The notes: generated by a model not told the origin, from the sequence alone. Positions 1-12,404 are shown, counted from the first letter of the stretch. The stretch is 64,000 bases of DNA from Geobacter sp. AOG1 (GCF_019972315.1 NZ_BLIZ01000001.1:3474472-3538471); one strand, 5' to 3'. Made by a program: numbers and translations.

Positions 1-2061
1 AGCACGGTTGGCGTCGTCGTTCTCCAGGAACGGGATGAGAGAGGCGGCAACCGACACCAGCTGCATAGGCGCCACGTCCATCAGTTCCACCTCGTCCCGA
101 CCGACCAGAACGAACTCACCGCTTTTGCGGGCGGAAATGTAATCGGCGGCAAAGCGTCCGTCCTTGTCCATCTCGGCATTTGCCTGGGCAATGGCGTGCC
201 CTTCCTCCTCAAGTGCGGAGAAGAAGCGCACCTCGGAAGATACTTTCCCTTCCTTGACAAGGCGGTAAGGAGTCTCGACGAAACCATGTTCGTTGATACG
301 GGCATACGTGGAAAGGGACGCGATGAGACCGATGTTCGGCCCCTCCGGCGTTTCGATGGGGCAGACCCTCCCGTAATGGGTAGGATGGACGTCGCGGACC
401 TCGAATCCAGCACGTTCCCGGGTAAGACCGCCAGGTCCGAGTGCCGACAGACGGCGCTTGTGGGTAACTTCGGAAAGCGGGTTGGTCTGGTCCATGAACT
501 GAGAAAGCTGGGACGACCCGAAGAACTCCTTCACTACCGCAGAAACCGGCTTGGAGTTTATGAGGTCGTGTGGCATGAGGTTCTCGACCTCCTGCAGGCT
601 CATTCTTTCCTTGATGGCTCGCTCCATGCGGACAAGCCCGATACGGTACTGATTTTCCAGGAGCTCGCCCACCGCACGGACCCGCCGGTTGCCGAGGTGG
701 TCGATATCATCGATAGTCCCCTTGCCGTTCTTGAGATCGATGAGGTAGCGCACCACTTCCAGCACGTCTTCCTTGGTCAGGGTCTGGCAGTCGAGAGGGA
801 TGTTCAGCCCCAGCTTATAGTTCAGCTTGAGACGCCCCACAGCCGAAAGATCGTACCGTTCGGCGTTGAAGAAAAGATTCTCGAACAGGGCGAGGGCGCT
901 CTTCAGCGTAGGAGGATCACCCGGACGGAGGCGCCGGTATATCTCGATGAGGGCATCATCCGTGGAGGAAATCTTGTCCACCATAATGGTGTCCCTCAGG
1001 GATGAGGTGACATGCAGGTTATCTATGAAGAGCACTTTAAATGAAGCAATACCACGTGTCCTGATCTCTTCCAGGCGGGTCTGGGTAAGCTCCTCGTTGC
1101 ATTCCACGAGGACCTCGCCGGTAGCCGGATCGACAATGTCATGGGAGGCGAACTTACCCAGCAGGTCATCCGCCATGATCGGAATGGTCTTGATATCGTG
1201 CTCGGTCATCTTGCGAATGGCGGCCTTGGTGAACTTCCGGTTGGCCTTGACCAGCACTTCACCCGTTGCCGGATCGACAATGTCGATAGCAGCCTTCTGG
1301 GTGGCAAGGAGTTCCGGATCGGCACTCTTGAGCATCGTGTCACCGGTCAGGAAAATTTCTTCACTCCGGTAGTAATAATTGAGAAGCTCTTCGCCAGAAT
1401 AACCAAGCGCCTTCAGAAGGACTGTTGCCGGCATCTTGCGGCGGCGGTCAATACGTACGAAAAGGATATCTTTATGGTCAAACTCGAAGTCCAGCCAGGA
1501 ACCGCGGTATGGGATCACGCGCGCAGAATAGAGCACCTTGCCGCTGGAATGGGTCTTCCCCTTGTCATGGTCGTAAAAAACGCCCGGGGAACGGTGCAGC
1601 TGGCTGACGATAACCCGCTCGGTACCATTGATAATGAAGGTACCATTCTCGGTCATCAGCGGAATCTCGCCGAAATAGACCTCCTGCTCCTTGATGTCAC
1701 GGATGGAGCGGGAGCCACTCTCCTTGTTCACGTCCCAGACCACCAGCCGCACCTTGACCTTCATGGGGGCGGCAAAGGTCATGCCCCGCTGGTGACACTC
1801 CTCCACGTCATACTTGGGGGTGCCCAGGCCATAGGAGACGTACTCGAGGGATGCGGTTTCGCTGAAATCCCGGATGGGGAAGACACTCTTGAAAACCGCT
1901 TCGAGACCGCTGTTTTTGCGGGTTTCTGCAGGTACATCGAGTTGGAGAAATCGTTTGTAAGAGTTTTTCTGGATGTCAATCAGGTTGGGGATATCGATGA
2001 TTTTTTTGATTTTTGCAAAATTCTTACGCAGCAGGGGGTTATTCGCAATTGAATAAGCCAT
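1..2061 (-). CDS. rpoB: DNA-directed RNA polymerase subunit beta, N-terminal 687 codons (C-terminus lies beyond window start)
   Basis: Minus-strand translation from ATG at 2061 reads [40 protein letters not shown]..., a canonical RpoB N-terminus; no stop before window edge; sits downstream of rplL as in the rplKAJL-rpoBC operon. Confidence 0.95.
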   Translation of the reverse strand, partial: MAYSIANNPLLRKNFAKIKKIIDIPNLIDIQKNSYKRFLQLDVPAETRKNSGLEAVFKSVFPIRDFSETASLEYVSYGLGTPKYDVEECHQRGMTFAAPMKVKVRLVVWDVNKESGSRSIRDIKEQEVYFGEIPLMTENGTFIINGTERVIVSQLHRSPGVFYDHDKGKTHSSGKVLYSARVIPYRGSWLDFEFDHKDILFVRIDRRRKMPATVLLKALGYSGEELLNYYYRSEEIFLTGDTMLKSADPELLATQKAAIDIVDPATGEVLVKANRKFTKAAIRKMTEHDIKTIPIMADDLLGKFASHDIVDPATGEVLVECNEELTQTRLEEIRTRGIASFKVLFIDNLHVTSSLRDTIMVDKISSTDDALIEIYRRLRPGDPPTLKSALALFENLFFNAERYDLSAVGRLKLNYKLGLNIPLDCQTLTKEDVLEVVRYLIDLKNGKGTIDDIDHLGNRRVRAVGELLENQYRIGLVRMERAIKERMSLQEVENLMPHDLINSKPVSAVVKEFFGSSQLSQFMDQTNPLSEVTHKRRLSALGPGGLTRERAGFEVRDVHPTHYGRVCPIETPEGPNIGLIASLSTYARINEHGFVETPYRLVKEGKVSSEVRFFSALEEEGHAIAQANAEMDKDGRFAADYISARKSGEFVLVGRDEVELMDVAPMQLVSVAASLIPFLENDDANRA

Positions 2062-2233
2062 TAAAGGGGTCTCCTTCGTTGCAATGCTCAAAAGGCGCTG
2101 GCGCTTTTGGCAGACTACCTGAACAGTAATCATTTCAAGTAGTTGGCGTCACGAAGCACTAGCCCGCCAACAAATAGAACAGCCAAGGCCGCACAGGGCG
2201 ACCTTGGCTCGTACCACTCCTACGAGGGGATAC

Positions 2234-2617
2234 TTATTTAACTTCCACTTCTGCGCCTGCTTCCAGCAGCTGCTTCTTGGCTTCTTCTGCTTCTTCCTTG
2301 GAAACGCCGGTCTTGAGGGGCTGGGGAGCGCCGTCCACCAAGTCCTTGGCTTCTTTGAGACCGAGGCTGGTAAGGGCACGGACAACCTTGATGACAGCGA
2401 TCTTGTTGGCGCCGGCAGCCTTGATAATCACGTCGAATTCAGTCTTCTCTTCAGCAGCTTCGGCAGCAGCACCCGGAGCGGCCACGGCGGCCACGGCAAC
2501 CGGAGCGGCGGCGGAGACGCCGAACTTCTCTTCCAGCTCTTTCACCATTTCGGCAAGGTCGAGCACGGACATCTTTTCGATAAAGCTGATTACATCGGCT
2601 TTGGTAATTTCTGCCAT
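2234..2617 (-). CDS. rplL: 50S ribosomal protein L7/L12
   Basis: 127 aa [34 protein letters not shown]... Ala-rich hinge, conserved C-terminal domain. Confidence 0.97.
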   Translation of the reverse strand: MAEITKADVISFIEKMSVLDLAEMVKELEEKFGVSAAAPVAVAAVAAPGAAAEAAEEKTEFDVIIKAAGANKIAVIKVVRALTSLGLKEAKDLVDGAPQPLKTGVSKEEAEEAKKQLLEAGAEVEVK

Positions 2618-2686
2618 TTGTGTATTCCTCCATTAATAAAGTGTGTTTTAAATAGCGGGGAGCCTGGTGGCGTTCCCGATCTGGTT

Positions 2687-3211
2687 TCAGTTACCTTCTT
2701 TTTTGGCCCGGATAGCATCGAGTGCCCGCACGAAACTGCCGGGAACCGCTGCCAGCACGCCGACGAAGTTGGTAGCCGGGGCCTGCATGGAGCCAAGCAT
2801 TTTGGCAAGGAGCACTTCACGGCTCGGCAGGTCAGCCAGTGCCTGGATATCCGCCGGGCTGATCGTCTTGCCCGACAGCAGTCCCGCCTTAAGGGTAAAC
2901 GGGTTGGTCTGCTCCTTGGCAAACTTGGACAACACCTTGGCCGCGGCGACCGGATCGTCGTAGCTCAGGGCAATCGCGGTCGGACCGGCATAGTAGGGAT
3001 TCAGTGCTTCTTTGTCCGTATCCTTGGACGCCAGCTCAAGCAGCGTGTTCTTGACGACCTTGTACTCGACTTCTGCCTTGCGCAGTTCTTCACGCAGCGA
3101 CGTTGCCTGGGATACGGTCATACCGCGGTAATCGGCAAGGAACACCGCCTTGGCTCGCTGCAGCTTGTCGTGCATCTCGGTTACAACTTGCTTTTTGTTT
3201 TCTTTATTCAA
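2687..3211 (-). CDS. rplJ: 50S ribosomal protein L10
   Basis: 174 aa, L10 family similarity, located between rplA and rplL. Confidence 0.95.
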   Translation of the reverse strand: MNKENKKQVVTEMHDKLQRAKAVFLADYRGMTVSQATSLREELRKAEVEYKVVKNTLLELASKDTDKEALNPYYAGPTAIALSYDDPVAAAKVLSKFAKEQTNPFTLKAGLLSGKTISPADIQALADLPSREVLLAKMLGSMQAPATNFVGVLAAVPGSFVRALDAIRAKKEGN

Positions 3212-3389
3212 GCGCCTTCCTCCTTTCTTTTGGTATAAGGGCTTGCGCCCCTGCCAAAGTCAGGAAGCTGCAGGAATTGCATTCCTTCAACGACCCAAGT
3301 CTCGGCAGGCTGAAAATTTTAAGTCGTCACGCTCCGTGTCCGACGCCTGCTGTCTGTGACTTTGGCTTGCTGCTACTGCTTGTATATGA
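3212..3389 (-). promoter_or_regulatory. rplJ 5' leader (candidate L10(L12)4 autoregulatory leader)
   Basis: 178-nt untranslated spacer between rplA and rplJ, the position of the L10 leader in bacteria; no structure verified. Confidence 0.3.
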
Positions 3390-4091
3390 TTAAAGCTGTG
3401 CCGACACTTCCGACACATCAAGCCGAACACCAGGGCCCATGGTAGACGAAATGCAGATCTTTTTCATGTAGGTACCCTTGGCAGCCGGCGGTTTCGCTTT
3501 CATAAGCGCATCCAGCAGGGCCAGGATGTTTTCCTTCAGCTTCACCCCATCGAAAGAGACCTTGCCGACGGGCGCATGGATGATGCCGGCCTTCTCCACA
3601 CGGAATTCAACCTTGCCGGACTTGGACTCCTTGACGGCACGACCGACATCAAAGGTTACCGTCCCGACTTTCGGGTTTGGCATAAGACCGCGAGGGCCGA
3701 GGAGTTTGCCGATCTTGCCGACCACCCCCATCATGTCCGGTGTGGCAATAGCCGTATCGAAATCGAACCAACCCTCCTGGATCTTCGCCACCAGGTCCTC
3801 AGCCCCGACAAAGTCGGCACCGGCGTCCCGTGCTTCCTTCTCTTTCTCACCCTTGGCGAACACGAGAACCCGAACATCCTTCCCCAGGCCGTTAGGGAGA
3901 ACAACAGCACCACGAACCATCTGATCGGCATGGCGCGGGTCGACACCGAGTCGCACGGCCACGTCCACGGTTTCGTCAAACTTGACATAGGTGGAGCTCT
4001 TTACCAGATCTATCCCGTCCTGCAGGGGGTAACTCTTGGCTCTGTCCACCTTTGCAAGGGCCTCTTTAAGTTTTTTACCGTTCTTAGGCAT
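3390..4091 (-). CDS. rplA: 50S ribosomal protein L1
   Basis: 233 aa [31 protein letters not shown]... L1 family. Confidence 0.96.
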   Translation of the reverse strand: MPKNGKKLKEALAKVDRAKSYPLQDGIDLVKSSTYVKFDETVDVAVRLGVDPRHADQMVRGAVVLPNGLGKDVRVLVFAKGEKEKEARDAGADFVGAEDLVAKIQEGWFDFDTAIATPDMMGVVGKIGKLLGPRGLMPNPKVGTVTFDVGRAVKESKSGKVEFRVEKAGIIHAPVGKVSFDGVKLKENILALLDALMKAKPPAAKGTYMKKICISSTMGPGVRLDVSEVSAQL

Positions 4092-4113
4092 TTCTCGTCA
4101 CCCTCTCTTGTCT

Positions 4114-4536
4114 CTAAACAATATCCACGCCCATGCTGCGGGCGGTACCTTCGATGGTATTCATGGCGGCCTCAAGGCTGGCTGCATTGAGGTCCGGCAT
4201 CTTTTTCTGGGCAATTTCCCGCACCTGGTCCTTGGTCAGTTTCCCCACCTTGGTCTTGTTGGGGACACTGGAACCGCTTTCAATCCCGAGGGCCTTCTTG
4301 ATGAGGACCGAAGCCGGCGGCGTCTTGGTGATGAACGTGAATGAACGGTCGGCGAAGACCGTTATGACCACCGGCGTGATGGTCCCTTCGTCGCCCTGGG
4401 TCTTGGCGTTAAACGCCTTGCAGAATTCCATGATATTCACGCCATGCTGACCGAGGGCCGGACCGATTGGCGGAGACGGATTGGCTTTGCCAGCCGGTAC
4501 CTGCAGCTTGATATACCCTGTAATTTTTTTTGCCAT
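4114..4536 (-). CDS. rplK: 50S ribosomal protein L11
   Basis: 140 aa [44 protein letters not shown]... L11 signature. Confidence 0.97.
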   Translation of the reverse strand: MAKKITGYIKLQVPAGKANPSPPIGPALGQHGVNIMEFCKAFNAKTQGDEGTITPVVITVFADRSFTFITKTPPASVLIKKALGIESGSSVPNKTKVGKLTKDQVREIAQKKMPDLNAASLEAAMNTIEGTARSMGVDIV

Positions 4537-4605
4537 TACTCTGCTCCTTTTGCGCTCTTCCTGAAAACTTTCGTATAGGATCGGTACGGGCGGTTCGACA
4601 CGCCT

Positions 4606-5133
4606 TTACTGTTTCTCTACCTGCATGAATTCGAGTTCTACCGGAGTGGCACGACCAAAGATACTGACCATGACCCGCAATTTTCCTTTTTCGGGTTTGA
4701 CATCCTCAACAACGCCAGCAAAGTTAAGGAACGGCCCGTCGATAACCCTGACCGTCTCCCCTACATCAAACAATACCTTGGGTCGCGGCTTTTCTGCACC
4801 TTCCTCCATACGACGGGTGATTTTGCCAACCTCCTCGTCAGGAATGGGAAACGGGTTGTTGCCGCCGACAAAGCCGGTCACCTTTGCGGTCTCCTTGACC
4901 ACATGCCAGGTGTCGTCATCCAACTCCATGTTGACCAGGATATACCCAGGGAAAAACTTGCGCGAGGAGGTCCGCTTTTCGCCTTTCTTGAGTTCGACAA
5001 CCGTTTCGGACGGTATCAGCACATCGCCAAAGGAATCCTCAAGCCCCAGATTCTTGATCCGCTCAAGGAGCGAAAGCCGCACTTTATTTTCAAAACCGGA
5101 ATACGTATGTACGCCGTACCACTTTTTCGCCAT
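4606..5133 (-). CDS. nusG: transcription termination/antitermination factor NusG
   Basis: 175 aa with NGN and KOW regions (MAKKWYGVHTYSGFENKV...), between secE and rplK. Confidence 0.95.
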   Translation of the reverse strand: MAKKWYGVHTYSGFENKVRLSLLERIKNLGLEDSFGDVLIPSETVVELKKGEKRTSSRKFFPGYILVNMELDDDTWHVVKETAKVTGFVGGNNPFPIPDEEVGKITRRMEEGAEKPRPKVLFDVGETVRVIDGPFLNFAGVVEDVKPEKGKLRVMVSIFGRATPVELEFMQVEKQ

Positions 5134-5143
5134 GGAAAGTTCC

Positions 5144-5329
5144 TTACCCCAGAATCCTGCGCATCAGCTTCGCCAGCACCACGTCACACGCCCCGAGATA
5201 GAGAGAGATGATGACGATGATCACCACTACGACCCATGTAGTAGCAACGGTTTCCTTGCGAGTCGGCCAGGTCACCTTCCCCAGCTCGACTTTTACCTCT
5301 TCCAGAAAATTCTTGGTTTTGGCCAGCAC
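5144..5329 (-). CDS. secE: preprotein translocase subunit SecE
   Basis: 61 aa, single C-terminal TM helix, immediately upstream of nusG. Confidence 0.85.
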   Translation of the reverse strand: MLAKTKNFLEEVKVELGKVTWPTRKETVATTWVVVVIIVIISLYLGACDVVLAKLMRRILG

Positions 5330-5359
5330 GCGTCACACCCCGTTACATTATTGGTAAAT

Positions 5360-5436
5360 TGGCAGGCCAGGAGGGATTCGAACCCCCAACATCCGGTTTT
5401 GGAGACCGGCGCTCTAGCCGTTAGAGCTACTGGCCT
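5360..5436 (-). tRNA. tRNA-Trp (anticodon CCA)
   Basis: Minus-strand read AGGCCAGTAGCTCTAACGGCTAGAGCGCCGGTCTCCAAAACCGGATGTTGGGGGTTCGAATCCCTCCTGGCCTGCCA; cloverleaf with CCA anticodon; canonical position between rpmG and secE. Confidence 0.9.
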
Positions 5437-5479
5437 GCAGCCAGTGATCACAGCTTGCACTGCGACCAGTTTTCCCAGC

Positions 5480-5629
5480 CTACTTTGTTTCCTTGTGGGG
5501 AGTATGCTTCTGACAGAAGCGGCAGTATTTGCTGAATTCCAGCTTTTCGGGCTTGGTCTTCTTGTTCTTGGTGGTGGTATAGTTTCTCTGCTTGCACTCG
5601 GTGCAGGCAAGCGTGATAATGTCTCTCAT
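5480..5629 (-). CDS. rpmG: 50S ribosomal protein L33 (49 aa; below the ORF-track length cutoff)
   Basis: Minus-strand [52 protein letters not shown] with the CxxC...CxxC zinc-ribbon of L33. Confidence 0.9.
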   Translation of the reverse strand: MRDIITLACTECKQRNYTTTKNKKTKPEKLEFSKYCRFCQKHTPHKETK

Positions 5630-5690
5630 TGCTCTCTTCCTTTATGACATAGACGATATACAGGGGCGACCATGATCGCCCCTGCGGATT

Positions 5691-6881
5691 TTATTCAATG
5701 ATGGAGCTGACCACGCCGGCGCCGACCGTACGGCCACCTTCGCGGATCGCGAACCGCAGTCCTTCGTCCATGGCGATCGGGGTGATCAGGTTGACTGTCA
5801 CCGCTACGTTGTCACCGGGCATGACCATTTCGGTCCCCGCAGCAAGGTCTACGATCCCGGTCACGTCGGTCGTCCGGAAGTAGAACTGCGGACGATACCC
5901 GTTAAAGAACGGCGTGTGACGGCCACCCTCTTCTTTGGTCAGAATGTACGCTTCGGCCTTGAACTTGGTGTGCGGAGTAATGCTCCCCGGCTTGGCAAGT
6001 ACCTGGCCACGCTCGATGTCTTCACGCTTGACACCACGCAGCAGGGCACCGATGTTGTCGCCGGCACGACCTTCGTCCAGAAGCTTCCGGAACATCTCGA
6101 CGCCAGTAACGGTGGTCTTGGCGGTTGCCTTGATACCGACGATCTCGATCTCTTCGCCTACCTTGACAATGCCGCGCTCGACACGACCGGTGGCAACGGT
6201 ACCACGACCGGAGATGGAGAAGACGTCTTCTACCGGCATCAGGAACGGCTTGTCGATGGCGCGCTCCGGCTCGGGGATATAGGCGTCGACTGCATCCATG
6301 AGTGCCATGATGGCTGGCTCGGCCAGCTCACCCTTCTCACCGTTGAGGGCCTGGAGGGCGGAACCTTTGATGATGGGGATATCGTCACCAGGGAAGTCGT
6401 AGGAGGAGAGCAGCTCGCGGATCTCCAGCTCAACCAGTTCCAGGAGTTCGGCGTCGTCAACCATGTCGGCCTTGTTGAGGAACACGACGATGTAGGGAAC
6501 GCCCACCTGACGGGCAAGCAGGATGTGCTCCCGGGTCTGGGGCATGGGGCCGTCAGCGGCGGACACAACCAGAATGGCGCCGTCCATCTGCGCCGCTCCG
6601 GTGATCATGTTCTTGACGTAGTCGGCATGGCCCGGGCAGTCCACGTGCGCATAGTGACGCTTGTCGGTCTCGTATTCAACATGGGCGGTGGCGATGGTGA
6701 TGCCGCGCTCACGCTCTTCCGGGGCGTTGTCGATCTGGTCGAATGCCTTGAACTCGGCCTGACCCTTCCCCGCAAGTACCTTCGTGATCGCTGCCGTCAG
6801 TGTCGTCTTCCCGTGGTCTACGTGACCTATCGTCCCTATGTTTACGTGCGGTTTTGTTCTTTCAAATTTCGCCTTCGCCAT
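5691..6881 (-). CDS. tuf: elongation factor Tu
   Basis: [37 protein letters not shown]...; start placed at internal ATG (6881) preceded by GGAGGAAT; track ORF extends 24 codons further upstream. Confidence 0.97.
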   Translation of the reverse strand: MAKAKFERTKPHVNIGTIGHVDHGKTTLTAAITKVLAGKGQAEFKAFDQIDNAPEERERGITIATAHVEYETDKRHYAHVDCPGHADYVKNMITGAAQMDGAILVVSAADGPMPQTREHILLARQVGVPYIVVFLNKADMVDDAELLELVELEIRELLSSYDFPGDDIPIIKGSALQALNGEKGELAEPAIMALMDAVDAYIPEPERAIDKPFLMPVEDVFSISGRGTVATGRVERGIVKVGEEIEIVGIKATAKTTVTGVEMFRKLLDEGRAGDNIGALLRGVKREDIERGQVLAKPGSITPHTKFKAEAYILTKEEGGRHTPFFNGYRPQFYFRTTDVTGIVDLAAGTEMVMPGDNVAVTVNLITPIAMDEGLRFAIREGGRTVGAGVVSSIIE

Positions 6882-6943
6882 GTCCGATTCCTCCCGGGTT
6901 CTCCCCAATGATGATGAAACAATTCTCGGTAGATCTGAAAAAA

Positions 6944-7019
<76 letters not shown>

Positions 7020-7031
7020 ATTGTGGAAAAT

Positions 7032-7108
7032 TGGAGCGGGAAACGGGACTCGAACCCGCGACCCTCAGCTTGGAAGGCTGACGCTCTAGCCAACTGAGCT
7101 ACTCCCGC
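7032..7108 (-). tRNA. tRNA-Gly (anticodon TCC)
   Basis: GCGGGAGTAGCTCAGTTGGCTAGAGCGTCAGCCTTCCAAGCTGAGGGTCGCGGGTTCGAGTCCCGTTTCCCGCTCCA on minus strand. Confidence 0.88.
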
Positions 7109-7220
7109 CAATTCTACGCGTATGAGGTTTTTTGAGATTGCAACCGCCAGCCCAACCCCAGTCCGATCGACCGGTGGTCTCCTGGGAGAGTGCCGCAGCT
7201 GCAAACTCTGTAGCATTTTA

Positions 7221-7306
7221 TGGTGGAGGGAGGAGGATTCGAACCTCCGAAGTCGTCCGACGACAGATTTACAGTCTGTTCCCTTTGGCCACTCGGGAAT
7301 CCCTCC
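7221..7306 (-). tRNA. tRNA-Tyr (anticodon GTA), long variable arm
   Basis: GGAGGGATTCCCGAGTGGCCAAAGGGAACAGACTGTAAATCTGTCGTCGGACGACTTCGGAGGTTCGAATCCTCCTCCCTCCACCA on minus strand. Confidence 0.88.
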
Positions 7307-7335
7307 AGACGAAGAACCAGCAAAAAACCGTTTAG

Positions 7336-7411
7336 TGGAGCTGGCGATGGGACTCGAACCCGCAACCTGCTGATTACAAGTCAGCTGCTCTACCAATTGA
7401 GCTACGCCAGC
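7336..7411 (-). tRNA. tRNA-Thr (anticodon TGT)
   Basis: GCTGGCGTAGCTCAATTGGTAGAGCAGCTGACTTGTAATCAGCAGGTTGCGGGTTCGAGTCCCATCGCCAGCTCCA on minus strand. Confidence 0.88.
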
Positions 7412-7570
7412 GCAAAGAATCTTTATATACACGATTATCGCAACCGGGTCAAGCAACAAAAAAGCGGAATCACTCTTATAACCAACCACGCCTTTTGTGT
7501 CAAGCGTTTTTTGTACACAATATATCCCGCAGGGGAATAATCAGTCGCAATGGTCAGGCAAACACCCTCT

Positions 7571-9379
7571 TCAGCGGCCAGCAGGGCGTTTTTGAGGCCT
7601 TCCTTTCAACGGACCTCCCGTCCCTCCCAGCAACGCCCCCGCAGCATCTTCCCGCCCGCATGCCCGCAGCGCCTGCAGAATGGTTGTCCGCTCCGCGGGG
7701 AGATGGGAGAGGAGCAGTGATTTCTGGAGCCGTTTTTCCCGATCGCCTCGCGGCACGTAAACGGCAGCGCCAGTCATGGGATCAAGGCCGGAGTGGTACA
7801 TGCAGGTGGCCAGGGTGCCCGGTGTGGGGGTGAAGTCCTGGACCTGTTCCACTCGAAGGTTGTAGCGCTTGAGAAACAACGCCAACTCGACCATATCGGC
7901 AAGAGTTGTACCGGGATGGCCTGATATGAAATAGGGCACCACATGCTGCCGCTTCTCCAGCCGGGCGCTTTCCCTGCGGAACACCTCCAGGAATGATTCG
8001 AAGACCTGTCGCCCCGGTTTGCGCATGAGGGCCGTAACCCTGTCGACGGCGTGTTCGGGGGCAACCTTGAGAAGCCCTCCCACGTGATGGGTGAGGAGTT
8101 CCTTCAAATACTCGGGCTGGCAGGTCAGCAGGTCATACCGCACTCCGGATGCCACGGCCACATGCTTGACACCGGAGATTCCGCGCACTTTCCGGAGCAG
8201 GTCGGCAGCAGACTTGCCGTTCACCACCAGATGCCGGCAGGGCCGCGGGTAAAGACAGCTTTCCCGCCTGCACACGGACCGGGCGGATGCATCACCGCAG
8301 CGCAGGCCATACATATTGGCCGTCGGGCCGCCGACGTCGCTGATGCTCCCCCGAAACCATTTCTGCTCCGTCAGCCTGCGCACCTCCTGCTGCACCGAAG
8401 AAGTGCTGCGCGACTGGATGAACCGTCCCTGGTGATGGGTGATGGCACAGAACGCGCAACCACCGAAACAACCGCGGTGGGTTGTCAGAGAGGTCTTGAT
8501 CTGCTCATAGGCAGGAATCGGCTCTCGATAGGAAGGATGGGGCGCCTTGGCGAACGGCAGGGCATACACCGCATCCATCTCGGACTCGGCAAGGGGCATT
8601 GCCGGTGGGTTGCAGACCAGCCAGCGATCGCCGTGCCGCTGCAGGACGGTCCGGGCGCAATGGGGATTCTGTTCCCCCGAAAGAAGGCGAAACGCCTCGG
8701 CATACCTGCCCTTATCCGAGGAGACAGCCTCAAAGGAAGGGATTTCGACGCCAGCATGACTCCCGGCCTCCGCTCCACTAAGTATGAGCGCCGTTCCGCG
8801 GATGTCTCTGATCTCCCCGAATGTCTCCCCTTGCCGCAATCGCTGGGCAAGCTCCAGAAGCGGACGCTCCCCCATCCCATAGAGAAGAAGATCGGCCTTA
8901 GCATCGAAGATGAGGGAGCGGCGTACCTTGTCCTCCCAGAAATCGTAGTGGGCAAAACGGCGCAGACTCGCCTCGATACCGCCGATTACCACCGGCACAT
9001 CCTTGTATGCCTCCTTGAGACGGGAGGTGTAAATGATGGTGGCGCGGTTGGGACGGGCGCCATGGCGGTTTCCCGGTGTATAGGCGTCATCGTGGCGAAG
9101 CTTGCGGGCGGGGGTGTAGTGGGCAACCATGGAATCCATCGCCCCCGCGGAAACGGCAAAAAAGAGACGCGGCCGTCCAAAGGCCATGAACGGCTCCCGA
9201 CTCTTCCAATCAGGCTGGGGAATGACCCCTACGCGGAAGCCGTGGAATTCAAGCCAGCGGGCAAGGAGTGGCACACCGAAGGCGGGATGGTCGATGTAGG
9301 CATCACCGGTGACGAAAATGACGTCCAGTTCGTCCCAGCCTCGCTTTCGGGCTTCTTCGCTATTTATGGGAAGGAACAT
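7571..9379 (-). CDS. ygiQ: YgiQ-family radical SAM protein (UPF0313)
   Basis: 602 aa; N-terminal [35 protein letters not shown] and CxxxCxxC region typical of YgiQ. Confidence 0.85.
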   Translation of the reverse strand: MFLPINSEEARKRGWDELDVIFVTGDAYIDHPAFGVPLLARWLEFHGFRVGVIPQPDWKSREPFMAFGRPRLFFAVSAGAMDSMVAHYTPARKLRHDDAYTPGNRHGARPNRATIIYTSRLKEAYKDVPVVIGGIEASLRRFAHYDFWEDKVRRSLIFDAKADLLLYGMGERPLLELAQRLRQGETFGEIRDIRGTALILSGAEAGSHAGVEIPSFEAVSSDKGRYAEAFRLLSGEQNPHCARTVLQRHGDRWLVCNPPAMPLAESEMDAVYALPFAKAPHPSYREPIPAYEQIKTSLTTHRGCFGGCAFCAITHHQGRFIQSRSTSSVQQEVRRLTEQKWFRGSISDVGGPTANMYGLRCGDASARSVCRRESCLYPRPCRHLVVNGKSAADLLRKVRGISGVKHVAVASGVRYDLLTCQPEYLKELLTHHVGGLLKVAPEHAVDRVTALMRKPGRQVFESFLEVFRRESARLEKRQHVVPYFISGHPGTTLADMVELALFLKRYNLRVEQVQDFTPTPGTLATCMYHSGLDPMTGAAVYVPRGDREKRLQKSLLLSHLPAERTTILQALRACGREDAAGALLGGTGGPLKGRPQKRPAGR

Positions 9380-9455
9380 TTTTTCACCACAGGGGACGCA
9401 ATACTATCAGACATAAGCAGCGCTACAGTGAGACCGAGTCAAACAGCACGTTCAC

Positions 9456-10496
9456 TCACGGAAAGAGCGCCAGCCCATCTAGCCCCAGGTTCTCCGGAAA
9501 GCCGTACATGACATTCATGTTCTGCACCGCCTGTCCCGACGCCCCCTTCACCAGGTTGTCGATGGCGGAGACGATGATGACGCGGCCGGTCCGCTGGTCG
9601 ACGGTGACACCGATATCACAGAAGTTTGACCCCCTGACAAAGGAGGTGGAAGGAAACTGTCCCAAGGGGAGTATCCGGACAAATGCCTCGCCATGGTAGA
9701 ACTCGTTATAGAGGGTAACGAGCTGTTCAGTCGTAACCTTTTTCACCGGCCGCGCATAGATGGTGGAGAGTATCCCGCGGTCCATCGGTACCAGGTGCGG
9801 GGTGAAGGAAATGGTGAGTTTACCTCCCGCCAGAAGAGACAGTTCCTGCTCAATTTCCGGGATGTGCCGGTGGACACCGCCGACGCCGTAGGCCTTGAAA
9901 CCGTCGTTCACCTCGCAGTAGAGGTTGTCCACCTTGGCGCTCCGCCCGGCGCCGGAGACTCCCGACTTGGAATCGGCGATGATCGTGGCGGGATCAAGCA
10001 GTTTTTTCCGCAACAATGGCGCCAGCCCGAGGATGATGCTGGTCGGATAACAGCCGGGATTGGCTACCAGAGCCGCACCGGCGATCTTCTCCCGCCGCAG
10101 TTCGGGGATGCCGTACACGGCCTTTTTCAGGAGCGCTGGGCTCATGTGGGGCTCGTACCATTTTTCATACTCTCCGGCATCCTGCAACCGGTAGTCCGCA
10201 GAAAGATCGACGACCCGCTTCTTCAGCTTGAGAAAGGTGGGAATCACCTCCATTGCCGCCTTGTGGGGGAGCGCGGTAAAGATCAGTTCCGCCTTCTCCG
10301 CCACCCGTACCGGTTCAAGGTTTTCCAATACCTGGTCGCAACGGCCACGCAAGCTCGGGAAGAGGTCGGAGACCCGTTTCCCGGCGCTCTGTTCGGATGT
10401 GACGCAGGTCACCGCAACCTCCGGATGACCGTGGAGAATTCTCAGCAGTTCCACTCCCGTGTAACCGCTGGCACCGACGACGGCAACTTTCAGCAT
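9456..10496 (-). CDS. argC: N-acetyl-gamma-glutamyl-phosphate reductase
   Basis: 346 aa [27 protein letters not shown]..., ArgC family with catalytic Cys region. Confidence 0.93.
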   Translation of the reverse strand: MLKVAVVGASGYTGVELLRILHGHPEVAVTCVTSEQSAGKRVSDLFPSLRGRCDQVLENLEPVRVAEKAELIFTALPHKAAMEVIPTFLKLKKRVVDLSADYRLQDAGEYEKWYEPHMSPALLKKAVYGIPELRREKIAGAALVANPGCYPTSIILGLAPLLRKKLLDPATIIADSKSGVSGAGRSAKVDNLYCEVNDGFKAYGVGGVHRHIPEIEQELSLLAGGKLTISFTPHLVPMDRGILSTIYARPVKKVTTEQLVTLYNEFYHGEAFVRILPLGQFPSTSFVRGSNFCDIGVTVDQRTGRVIIVSAIDNLVKGASGQAVQNMNVMYGFPENLGLDGLALFP

Positions 10497-10652
10497 TGGT
10501 TATCTCCTTTACCTATAGTTGAAACAACGTCCGATTTGAGATGATACCAAGGCGGCACGGAGGAGGCAACGAAGGCGTACTGGAGGTACGTCGAGGAAGC
10601 CAACGACGCGCCAACGCAGGTAGCGCTCAAATATGGCGTTGTCAAAAGAAAA

Positions 10653-10690
10653 GGGGAAACCCTTGCGGATTTCCCCCTCTGAAAGCATTC
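10653..10690 (-). terminator. intrinsic terminator downstream of rpsI
   Basis: Minus strand GGGGAAATCCGCAAGGGTTTCCCC hairpin followed by TTTTCTTTT. Confidence 0.7.
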
Positions 10691-10712
10691 TGCAGGCGAT
10701 GCTGCAAGCGGC

Positions 10713-11105
10713 TTAACGCTTGGAGAACTGGAAGCTGGCGCGAGCTGCTTTCTTGCCGTACTTCTTCCGCTCCTTGATACGGGAATCGCGGGTGATGAAG
10801 CCGGCCTTTTTCAAGGTGCCGCGCAGTTCGGCATCCACTTCCAGGAGAGCCTTGGTGATGCCATGCTTGATGGCCCCGGCCTGACCGGTATCACCGCCGC
10901 CGCACACCGTGACATAGACATCGAACTTACCGACGTTCTCGGTCAGCTCAAGAGGCTGTTTCACCACCATTTTGGAGGTTTCCCGACCAAAATACTCGTC
11001 GAGGGACTTGTTGTTCACCGTGATGTTACCGGCGCCCGGCTTCAGCCAGACCCTGGCCACGGAGGATTTTCTCTTGCCTGTACCGTAATAGCTTTTTGCT
11101 GCCAT
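10713..11105 (-). CDS. rpsI: 30S ribosomal protein S9
   Basis: 130 aa, C-terminal ...[17 protein letters not shown] typical of S9. Confidence 0.96.
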   Translation of the reverse strand: MAAKSYYGTGKRKSSVARVWLKPGAGNITVNNKSLDEYFGRETSKMVVKQPLELTENVGKFDVYVTVCGGGDTGQAGAIKHGITKALLEVDAELRGTLKKAGFITRDSRIKERKKYGKKAARASFQFSKR

Positions 11106-11138
11106 CGTCTATCTCCTGAACTGAAATAAAGACCGTTG

Positions 11139-11567
11139 TTAAATATCAAGCGCCTTGGGCTGCTGGGCTTTGTGCGGATGCTCGGAACCGGTATAGATCT
11201 TCAGCTTGCTCAGCATGTGCCGGGCCAGCTTGTTTTTGGGAAGCATTCCCTTCACCGCCTTGCGGATCAGCTCCTCCGGCTTCTTGTCAATCAGCTTTCC
11301 AGCGGTGATGGCCTTGATGCCACCGGGAAATCCGGAGTGGCTGTAGTAGACCTTGTCCGCCATCTTGTTGCCGGTGAGGGCAATTTTCTCGGCATTCACC
11401 ACGATGACGAAATCACCGGTGTCAACGCTCGGCGTAAACACCGCCTTGTTCTTGCCCCGCAGGATGTTGGCGATCTGGGTCGCCACACGGCCAAGGACCT
11501 TTTCTTCAACATTAACCAGGTACCAGTCTCTGGTCACCTGCTCTTTTTTCGCCACTTGCGTCTTCAT
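11139..11567 (-). CDS. rplM: 50S ribosomal protein L13
   Basis: [39 protein letters not shown]...; start at ATG 11567 (track ORF begins 4 codons upstream). Confidence 0.95.
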   Translation of the reverse strand: MKTQVAKKEQVTRDWYLVNVEEKVLGRVATQIANILRGKNKAVFTPSVDTGDFVIVVNAEKIALTGNKMADKVYYSHSGFPGGIKAITAGKLIDKKPEELIRKAVKGMLPKNKLARHMLSKLKIYTGSEHPHKAQQPKALDI

Positions 11568-11659
11568 CGAAACCCTCACAATTTTTGCGTATATTCCACA
11601 AGGAAGCGTTCAACATAATGGAATCGCCTAGGCATGTCAAGAAAAATTTACGTCCCCGA

Positions 11660-12394
11660 TCAGTAATAAACTTCCACCAGACAGAGGCCACAGGCGGGGG
11701 CGGTGATCCCCGCCTTGCTCCGCTCGCCGGCGGCAAGCAGGTCGGGAATGGAATCGGCTGCCCGGCGACCCTGTCCCACTTCCACCAGCGTCCCGACCAT
11801 ATTCCGTACCATGTGCCTGAGAAAGCCGCTCCCCCGTACGTCGATCGTGACCAGCTCACCATGTTTTTCGATAACTACTCCATCGACCCGTCGCACGGTG
11901 GTTCTGGCGGCACACCCGGCCCCGCGCAGAGCGGCGAAATCATGCTCCCCTACCAGGCATGCCGCCGCACGGCGCATAACATCCAGATCGAGTTCACCCC
12001 GCAGGTGCCAGGAGTAGAGGCGGGAAAGGGGCGAACGGCGGCCACCGGCATGGATGGTATAACGGTAGAGCTTCCCCGTGGCAGCATACCGGGGATGGAA
12101 GTCCGTCGTCACCTCCGTCGCCTGCCGCACGACGACGTCCTGCGGCAGGAGGGTGTTGAGGCCGTCGCTGAAGGCCCGCAGTGGGATGGTCTTCTCAGTT
12201 GTGAAGCAGGCCACCATCCCCCGAGCGTGCACACCCGCATCGGTGCGCCCCGAGCCGTGGAGCCGGACCGGCTCGTGCAGCAGGGTCGCCAGCGCCTCTT
12301 CCAGTACCTGCTGGATGGTTACCCCGTTGGGCTGTAACTGCCAGCCGGCGTAGTTGGTACCGTCATATTCGATTATCAGCTTGATGTTTCGCAT
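11660..12394 (-). CDS. truA: tRNA pseudouridine(38-40) synthase
   Basis: 244 aa MRNIKLIIEYDGTNYAGWQLQPNGVTIQQVLEEAL...GSGRTDAGVHA motif. Confidence 0.93.
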   Translation of the reverse strand: MRNIKLIIEYDGTNYAGWQLQPNGVTIQQVLEEALATLLHEPVRLHGSGRTDAGVHARGMVACFTTEKTIPLRAFSDGLNTLLPQDVVVRQATEVTTDFHPRYAATGKLYRYTIHAGGRRSPLSRLYSWHLRGELDLDVMRRAAACLVGEHDFAALRGAGCAARTTVRRVDGVVIEKHGELVTIDVRGSGFLRHMVRNMVGTLVEVGQGRRAADSIPDLLAAGERSKAGITAPACGLCLVEVYY

Positions 12395-12404
12395 GGGGCA
12401 ATCG

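Noticed and set aside
196-2052. Plus-strand ORFs of 269, 181 and 303 aa overlapping rpoB
   Set aside because: Antisense to a well-supported RpoB reading frame. No recognisable domains. Long antisense ORFs are expected in GC-rich coding DNA.
2204-3238. 344-aa plus-strand ORF across rplL/rplJ
   Set aside because: Antisense to two ribosomal protein genes. Low-complexity translation.
7116-7220. Possible additional tRNA between tRNA-Gly and tRNA-Tyr
   Set aside because: No acceptor-stem/T-arm (GTTCGAATC-type) pattern found in the ~110-nt spacer.
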